From Eledone cirrhosa (lineage: Eukaryota): a stretch of 64,000 bases of DNA. The position numbers and the translations under genes were made by a program. Of this stretch, positions 55,550 through 64,000 are shown in pieces (the first letter of the stretch is position 1; every line of letters starts with the position of its first letter). The stretch spans positions 115,630,001 through 115,694,000 of the forward strand of contig OZ024744.1 of assembly GCA_964016885.1 (NCBI GenBank), in the 5' to 3' direction. The notes below the pieces were generated by a model that had not been told where the DNA came from, made no database searches, and worked only from the letters and a program-made list of their open reading frames with translations.

Positions 55550-58500
55550 CACAGACATAGAGACACAGACATAGAGACATAGACATAGAGACACAGACAT
55601 AGAGACACAGACATAGAGACACAGACATAGAGACACTGACATAGAGACACAGACATAGAGACACAGACATAGAGACACTGACATAGAGACATAGACATAG
55701 AGACACAGACATAGAGACACAGACATAGAGACACAGACATAGAGACATAGACATAGAGACATAGACATAGAGACACTGACATAGAGACACAGACATAGAG
55801 ACACAGACATAGAGACACTGACATAGAGACATAGACATAGAGACATAGACATAGAGACATAGACATAGAGACACTGACATAGAGACACAGACATAGAGAC
55901 ACAGACATAGAGACATAGACATAGAGACACAGACATAGAGACATAGACATACAGACATAGAGACAATGACATAGAGACACTGACATAGAGACACAGACAT
56001 AGAGACACTGACATAGAGACACAGACATAGAGACACAGACATAGAGACACAGACATAGAGACACAGACATAGAGACATAGACATAGAGACACAGACATAG
56101 AGACACAGACATAGAGACACTGACATAGAGACATAGACATAGAGACATAGACATAGAGACACTGACATAGAGACACAGACATAGAGACACAGACATAGAG
56201 ACATAGACATAGAGACACAGACATAGAGACACTGACATAGAGACATAGCCATAGAGACACAGACATAGAGACACTGACATAGAGACATATACATAGAGAC
56301 ACAGACATAGAGACACTGACATAGAGACATAGACATAGAGACATAGACATAGAGACACTGACATAGAGACACAGACAGAGAGACACAGACATAGAGACAC
56401 AGACATAGAGACACAGACATAGAGACATAGACATAGAGACATAGACATAGAGACACAGACATAGAGACATAGCCATAGAGACATAGACATAGAGACACAG
56501 ACATAGAGACATAGACATAGAGACATAGACATAGAGACACTGACATAGAGACACAGACATAGAGACATAGACATAGAGACATAGACATAGAGACATAGAC
56601 ATACAGACGCAGAGACACTGACATAGAGACACAGACATAGAGACATAGACATAGAGACATAGACATAGAGACACAGACATAGAGACACAGACATAGAGAC
56701 ACAGACATAGAGACACAGACATAGAGACACAGACATAGAGACATAGACATAGAGACATAGACATAGAGACACTGACATAGAGACACAGACATAGAGACAC
56801 TGACATAGAGACATAGACATAGAGACACAGACATAGAGACACAGACATAGAGACACAGACATAGAGACACAGACATAGAGACATAGACATAGAGACACTG
56901 ACATAGAGACACAGACATAGAGACACTGACATAGAGACACAGACATAGAGACATAGACATAGAGACACTGACATAGAGACACAGACATAGAGACACAGAC
57001 ATAGAGACATAGACATAGAGACACAGACATAGAGACACAGACATAGAGACACAGACATAGAGACACTGACATAGAGACACAGACATAGAGACACAGACAT
57101 AGAGACACTGACATAGAGACATAGACATAGAGACATAGACATAGAGACACAGACATAGAGACACAGACATAGAGACACAGACATAGAGACATAGACATAG
57201 AGACACTGACATAGAGACACAGACATAGAGACACAGACATAGAGACACTGACATAGAGACATAGACATAGAGACATAGACATAGAGACATAGACATAGAG
57301 ACACTGACATAGAGACACAGACATAGAGACACAGACATAGAGACATAGACATAGAGACACAGACATAGAGACATAGACATACAGACATAGAGACACTGAC
57401 ATAGAGACACTGACATAGAGACACAGACATAGAGACACTGACATAGAGACACAGACATAGAGACACAGACATAGAGACACAGACATAGAGACACAGACAT
57501 AGAGACACAGACATAGAGACACTGACATAGAGACATAGACATAGAGACATAGACATAGAGACACTGACATAGAGACACAGACATAGAGACACAGACATAG
57601 AGACACTGACATAGAGACACAGACAGAGAGACACAGACATAGAGACACAGACATAGAGACACAGACATAGAGACATAGACATAGAGACATAGACATAGAG
57701 ACACTGACATAGAGACACAGACATAGAGACACAGACATAGAGACATAGACATAGAGACACAGACATAGAGACACAGACATAGAGACACAGACATAGAGAC
57801 ACTGACATAGAGACACAGACATAGAGACACAGACATAGAGACACTGACATAGAGACATAGACATAGAGACACAGACATAGAGACACAGACATAGAGACAC
57901 AGACATAGAGACATAGACATAGAGACATAGACATAGAGACACTGACATAGAGACACAGACATAGAGACACAGACATAGAGACACTGACATAGAGACATAG
58001 ACATAGAGACATAGACATAGAGACATAGACATAGAGACACTGACATAGAGACACAGACATAGAGACACAGACATAGAGACATAGACATAGAGACACAGAC
58101 ATAGAGACATAGACATACAGACATAGAGACAATGACATAGAGACACTGACATAGAGACACAGACATAGAGACACTGACATAGAGACACAGACATAGAGAC
58201 ACAGACATAGAGACACAGACATAGAGACACAGACATAGAGACATAGACATAGAGACACAGACATAGAGACACAGACATAGAGACACTGACATAGAGACAT
58301 AGACATAGAGACATAGACATAGAGACACTGACATAGAGACACAGACATAGAGACACAGACATAGAGACATAGACATAGAGACACAGACATAGAGACACTG
58401 ACATAGAGACATAGCCATAGAGACACAGACATAGAGACACTGACATAGAGACATATACATAGAGACACAGACATAGAGACACTGACATAGAGACATAGAC

Positions 58501-59900
58501 ATAGAGACATAGACATAGAGACACTGACATAGAGACACAGACAGAGAGACACAGACATAGAGACACAGACATAGAGACACAGACATAGAGACATAGACAT
58601 AGAGACATAGACATAGAGACACAGACATAGAGACATAGCCATAGAGACATAGACATAGAGACACAGACATAGAGACATAGACATAGAGACATAGACATAG
58701 AGACACTGACATAGAGACACAGACATAGAGACATAGACATAGAGACATAGACATAGAGACATAGACATACAGACGCAGAGACACTGACATAGAGACACAG
58801 ACATAGAGACATAGACATAGAGACATAGACATAGAGACACAGACATAGAGACACAGACATAGAGACACAGACATAGAGACACAGACATAGAGACACAGAC
58901 ATAGAGACATAGACATAGAGACATAGACATAGAGACACTGACATAGAGACACAGACATAGAGACACTGACATAGAGACATAGACATAGAGACACAGACAT
59001 AGAGACACAGACATAGAGACACAGACATAGAGACATAGACATAGAGACACAGACATAGAGACATAGACATAGAGACACTGACATAGAGACACAGACATAG
59101 AGACACTGACATAGAGACACAGACATAGAGACATAGACATAGAGACACTGACATAGAGACACAGACATAGAGACACAGACATAGAGACATAGACATAGAG
59201 ACACAGACATAGAGACACAGACATAGAGACACAGACATAGAGACACTGACATAGAGACACAGACATAGAGACACAGACATAGAGACACTGACATAGAGAC
59301 ATAGACATAGAGACATAGACATAGAGACACAGACATAGAGACACAGACATAGAGACACAGACATAGAGACATAGACATAGAGACACTGACATAGAGACAC
59401 AGACATAGAGACACAGACATAGAGACACTGACATAGAGACATAGACATAGAGACATAGACATAGAGACATAGACATAGAGACACTGACATAGAGACACAG
59501 ACATAGAGACACAGACATAGAGACATAGACATAGAGACACAGACATAGAGACATAGACATACAGACATAGAGACACTGACATAGAGACACTGACATAGAG
59601 ACACAGACATAGAGACACTGACATAGAGACACAGACATAGAGACACAGACATAGAGACACAGACATAGAGACACAGACATAGAGACACTGACATAGAGAC
59701 ATAGACATAGAGACATAGACATAGAGACACTGACATAGAGACACAGACATAGAGACACAGACATAGAGACACTGACATAGAGACACAGACAGAGAGACAC
59801 AGACATAGAGACACAGACATAGAGACACAGACATAGAGACATAGACATAGAGACATAGACATAGAGACACTGACATAGAGACACAGACATAGAGACACAG
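55550..59900 (+). repeat. 2166-bp tandem duplication in satellite B
   Basis: Rare variants AATGAC (55965/58131), AGCC (56247/58413), ACGC (56607/58773) and GACAGAGAG (57622/59788) all have offset 2166. Confidence 0.88.
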
Positions 59901-60315
59901 ACATAGAGACATAGACATAGAGACATAGAGACACAGACATAGAGACATAGACATAGAGACATAGACATAGAGACACAGACATAGAGACACAGACATAGAG
60001 ACACAGACATAGAGACACAGACATAGAGACATAGACATAGAGACACTGACATAGAGACACAGACATAGAGACACAGACATAGAGACACAGACATAGAGAC
60101 ACAGACATAGAGACACTGACATAGAGACATAGACATAGAGACACAGACATAGAGACACTGACATAGAGACACAGACATAGAGACACAGACATAGAGACAC
60201 AGACATAGAGACACAGACATAGAGACACAGACATAGAGACACAGACATAGAGACATAGAGACATAGAGACACAGACATAGAGACACAGACATAGAGACAC
60301 AGACATAGAGACACA

Positions 60316-60660
60316 GACAGAGAGACACAGACAGAGAGACACAGACAGAGAGACACAGACAGAGAGACACAGACAGAGAGACATAGACATAGAGACATAG
60401 ACATAGAGACACAGACATAGAGACACAGACATAGAGACACAGACATAGAGACACAGACATAGAGACACTGACATAGAGACACAGACAGAGAGACACAGAC
60501 AGAGAGACACAGACAGAGAGACACAGACAGAGAGACACAGACAGAGAGACACAGACAGAGAGACACAGACAGAGAGACTCAGTCAGAGAGACATAGACAG
60601 AGAGACACAGACAGAGAGACACAGACATAGAGACACAGACAGAGAGACACAGACAGAGAG
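60316..60660 (+). repeat. Local sub-array of the GACAGAGAGACACA variant in satellite B
   Basis: Runs of monomers in which CATAGAG is replaced by CAGAGAG at ~60316-60380 and ~60481-60660. The variant is sporadic to the left of this block. Confidence 0.85.
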
Positions 60661-62929
60661 ACATAGACATAGAGACACAGACATAGAGACACAGACATAG
60701 AGACACAGACATAGAGACACAGACATAGAGACACTGACATAGAGACACAGACATAGAGACACAGACATAGAGACATAGACATAGAGACATAGACATAGAG
60801 ACACAGACATAGAGACACAGACATAGAGACACAGACATAGAGACACAGACATAGAGACACTGACATAGAGACACAGACATAGAGACATAGACATAGAGAC
60901 ATAGACATAGAGACACAGACATAGAGACACAGACATAGAGACACAGACATAGAGACACAGACATAGAGACACTGACATAGAGACACAGACATAGAGACAC
61001 TGACATAGAGACACAGACATAGAGACACTGACATAGAGACATAGACAGAGAGACACAGACAGAGAGACACTGACATAGAGACACTGACATAGAGACATAG
61101 AGACATAGAGACACAGACATAGAGACATAGACATAGAGACACAGACATAGAGACACAGACATAGAGACATAGACATAGAGACACAGACATAGAGACATAG
61201 ACATATAGACATAGAGACACAGACATAGAGACATAGACATAGAGACACAGACATAGAGACACAGACATAGAGACATAGACATAGAGACACTGACATAGAG
61301 ACACAGACATAGAGACACAGACATAGAGACACAGACAGAGACACAGACATAGACATACAGACATAGAGACACTGACATAGAGACACTGACATAGAGACAC
61401 AGACATAGAGACACAGACATAGAGACACAGACATAGAGACACAGACAGAGAGACACAGACATAGAGACACTGACATAGAGACATAGACATAGAGACATAG
61501 ACATAAAGACATAGACATAGAGACATAGACATAGAGACACAGACATAGAGACACTGACATAGAGACACTGACATAGAGACACTGACATAGAGACACTGAC
61601 ATAGAGACACAGACATAGAGACACAGACATAGAGACACAGACAGAGAGACACAGACAGAGAGACACAGACAGAGAGACACAGACATAGAGACATAGACAT
61701 AGAGACACAGACATAGAGACATAGACATAGAGACACTGACATAGAGACACAGACATAGAGACATAGACATAGAGACACTGACATAGAGACACAGGCATAG
61801 AGACACTGACATAGAGACACAGACATAGAGACACAGACATATAGACACAGACATAGAGACACAGACATAGAGACATAGACATAGAGACATAGACATAGAG
61901 ACACAGACATAGAGACACAGACATAGAGACACAGACATAGAGACACTGACATAGAGACATAGACATAGAGACATAGAGACACTGACATAGAGACACAGAC
62001 ATAGAGACACTGACATAGAGACACAGACATAGAGACACAGACATAGAGACACAGACATAGAGACACAGACAGAGAGACACAGACAGAGAGACACAGACAT
62101 AGAGACATAGACATAGAGACATAGACATAGAGACACAGACATAGAGACACAGACATAGAGACACAGACATAGAGACATAGACATAGAGACATAGACATAG
62201 AGACACTGACATAGAGACACAGACATAGAGACATAGACATAGAGACATAGACATAGAGACATAGACATACAGACGCAGAGACACAGACATAGACACAGAC
62301 ATAGAGACACAGATATAGAGACACAGACATAGAGACACAGACAGAGAGACACAGACATAGAGACACAGACAGAGAGACACAGACAGAGAGACATAGACAG
62401 AGAGACACAGACATAGAGACATAGACATAGAGACACAGACATAGAGACATAGAGACACAGACATAGAGACACAGACATAGAGACACTGACATAGAGACAT
62501 AGACATAGAGACACAGACATAGAGACACAGACATAGACATAGAGACACAGACATAGAGACACTGACATAGAGACACAGACATAGAGACATAGACATAAAG
62601 ACACTGACATAGAGACATAGACATAGAGACACAGACATAGAGACATAGACATAGAGACACAGACATAGAGACACAGACATAGAGACACAGACACAGAGAC
62701 ACAGACATAGAGACACAGACATAGAGACACTGACATAGAGACACTGACATAGAGACACTGACATAGAGACACAGACATAGAGACATAGACATAGAGACAC
62801 AGACATAGAGACATAGACATAGAGACACAGACATAGAGACACAGACATAGAGACACAGACATAGAGACACAGACATAGAGACACAGACATAGAGACACAG
62901 ACATAGAGACACAGACATAGAGACACAGA

Positions 62930-64000
62930 CATAGAGACACAGACATAGAGACACTGACATAGAGACACAGACATAGAGACATAGACATAGAGACATAGAC
63001 ATAGAGACATAGACATACAGACGCAGAGACACTGACATAGAGACACAGACATAGAGACATAGACATAGAGACATAGACATAGAGACACAGACATAGAGAC
63101 ACAGACATAGAGACACAGACATAGAGACACAGACATAGAGACACAGACATAGAGACATAGACATAGAGACATAGACATAGAGACACTGACATAGAGACAC
63201 AGACATAGAGACACTGACATAGAGACATAGACATAGAGACACAGACATAGAGACACAGACATAGAGACACAGACATAGAGACATAGACATAGAGACACAG
63301 ACATAGAGACATAGACATAGAGACACTGACATAGAGACACAGACATAGAGACACTGACATAGAGACACAGACATAGAGACATAGACATAGAGACACTGAC
63401 ATAGAGACACAGACATAGAGACACAGACATAGAGACATAGACATAGAGACACAGACATAGAGACACAGACATAGAGACACAGACATAGAGACACTGACAT
63501 AGAGACACAGACATAGAGACACAGACATAGAGACACTGACATAGAGACATAGACATAGAGACATAGACATAGAGACACAGACATAGAGACACAGACATAG
63601 AGACACAGACATAGAGACATAGACATAGAGACACTGACATAGAGACACAGACATAGAGACACAGACATAGAGACACTGACATAGAGACATAGACATAGAG
63701 ACATAGACATAGAGACATAGACATAGAGACACTGACATAGAGACACAGACATAGAGACACAGACATAGAGACATAGACATAGAGACACAGACATAGAGAC
63801 ATAGACATACAGACATAGAGACACTGACATAGAGACACTGACATAGAGACACAGACATAGAGACACTGACATAGAGACACAGACATAGAGACACAGACAT
63901 AGAGACACAGACATAGAGACACAGACATAGAGACACTGACATAGAGACATAGACATAGAGACATAGACATAGAGACACTGACATAGAGACACAGACATAG
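62930..64000 (+). repeat. Further copy of the satellite B block at ~58680-59750 (offset 4248)
   Basis: ATACAGACGC at 58767 and 63015; the next ATACAGACAT marker is 792 bp later in both (59559, 63807); the order of monomer variants looks the same. Confidence 0.8.

Larger units (their letters stand above)
54574..64000 (+). repeat. Satellite B: 14-bp tandem array GACATAGAGACA[CA/TA/CT], open at the right window edge
   Basis: Directly visible repetition of GACATAGAGACACA, GACATAGAGACATA and GACATAGAGACACT, with occasional 8-bp (GACATAGA, GACATACA) and 6-bp (GACATA) sub-units. Confidence 0.99.

Noticed and set aside
60576-60584. Small palindrome GACTCAGTC in satellite B
   Set aside because: Explained by two A-to-T changes in GACACAGAC; single occurrence and too short to interpret.
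54527-63998. Very long minus-strand ORFs (3147, 1999, 1721, 1139, 1133 aa; MSVSLCLCLYVCVS repeats)
   Set aside because: The minus strand of the 14-mer has no stop triplet in any frame, and 14 is not a multiple of 3, so all three frames give the same peptide. Frame-shifting 8-bp units are tolerated, there is no unique N- or C-terminal domain, and there is no codon-position pattern in the variants. Artefact of the repeat.
1-64000. Assignment to a named satellite family, telomere or centromere
   Set aside because: No TTAGGG-type repeats or CENP-B box were seen and I do not recognise the monomers. Naming would need a Dfam/Repbase or genome search that I cannot run.

Overview
The whole 64 kb window is tandem-repeat (satellite/minisatellite-type) DNA, most likely eukaryotic, though the organism cannot be identified from the sequence. 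I see no credible gene, RNA gene, transposase or CRISPR array; every ORF in the track is a translation of the repeat monomers. Layout: (1) 1-53642, satellite A, monomer CATATAACAGTGT(CT)n, mostly 19 or 21 bp, organised into successive variant domains and nested multi-kb higher-order duplications (periods about 2.7-3.9 kb); (2) a strand switch centred on the palindrome TCTCATATGAGA (53637-53648), followed by about 0.9 kb of satellite A in reverse orientation; (3) a ~34 bp non-repetitive linker (54540-54573), the only unique-looking sequence in the window; (4) 54574-64000, satellite B, a 14-bp monomer GACATAGAGACA[CA/TA/CT] with its own higher-order repeats. The most interesting observations are structural. 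The short inverted arm is not a mirror of the adjacent DNA, but it carries multi-variant signatures of distant parts of the forward array in mirror-collinear order. The linker resembles an expanded A monomer. A and B share a 10-bp core, and intermediate monomers occur in both arrays. One 2735-bp duplication breakpoint falls in a rare variant monomer shared by both ends. I found no evidence for a new protein-coding system. All comparisons were made by eye, so block boundaries are approximate.
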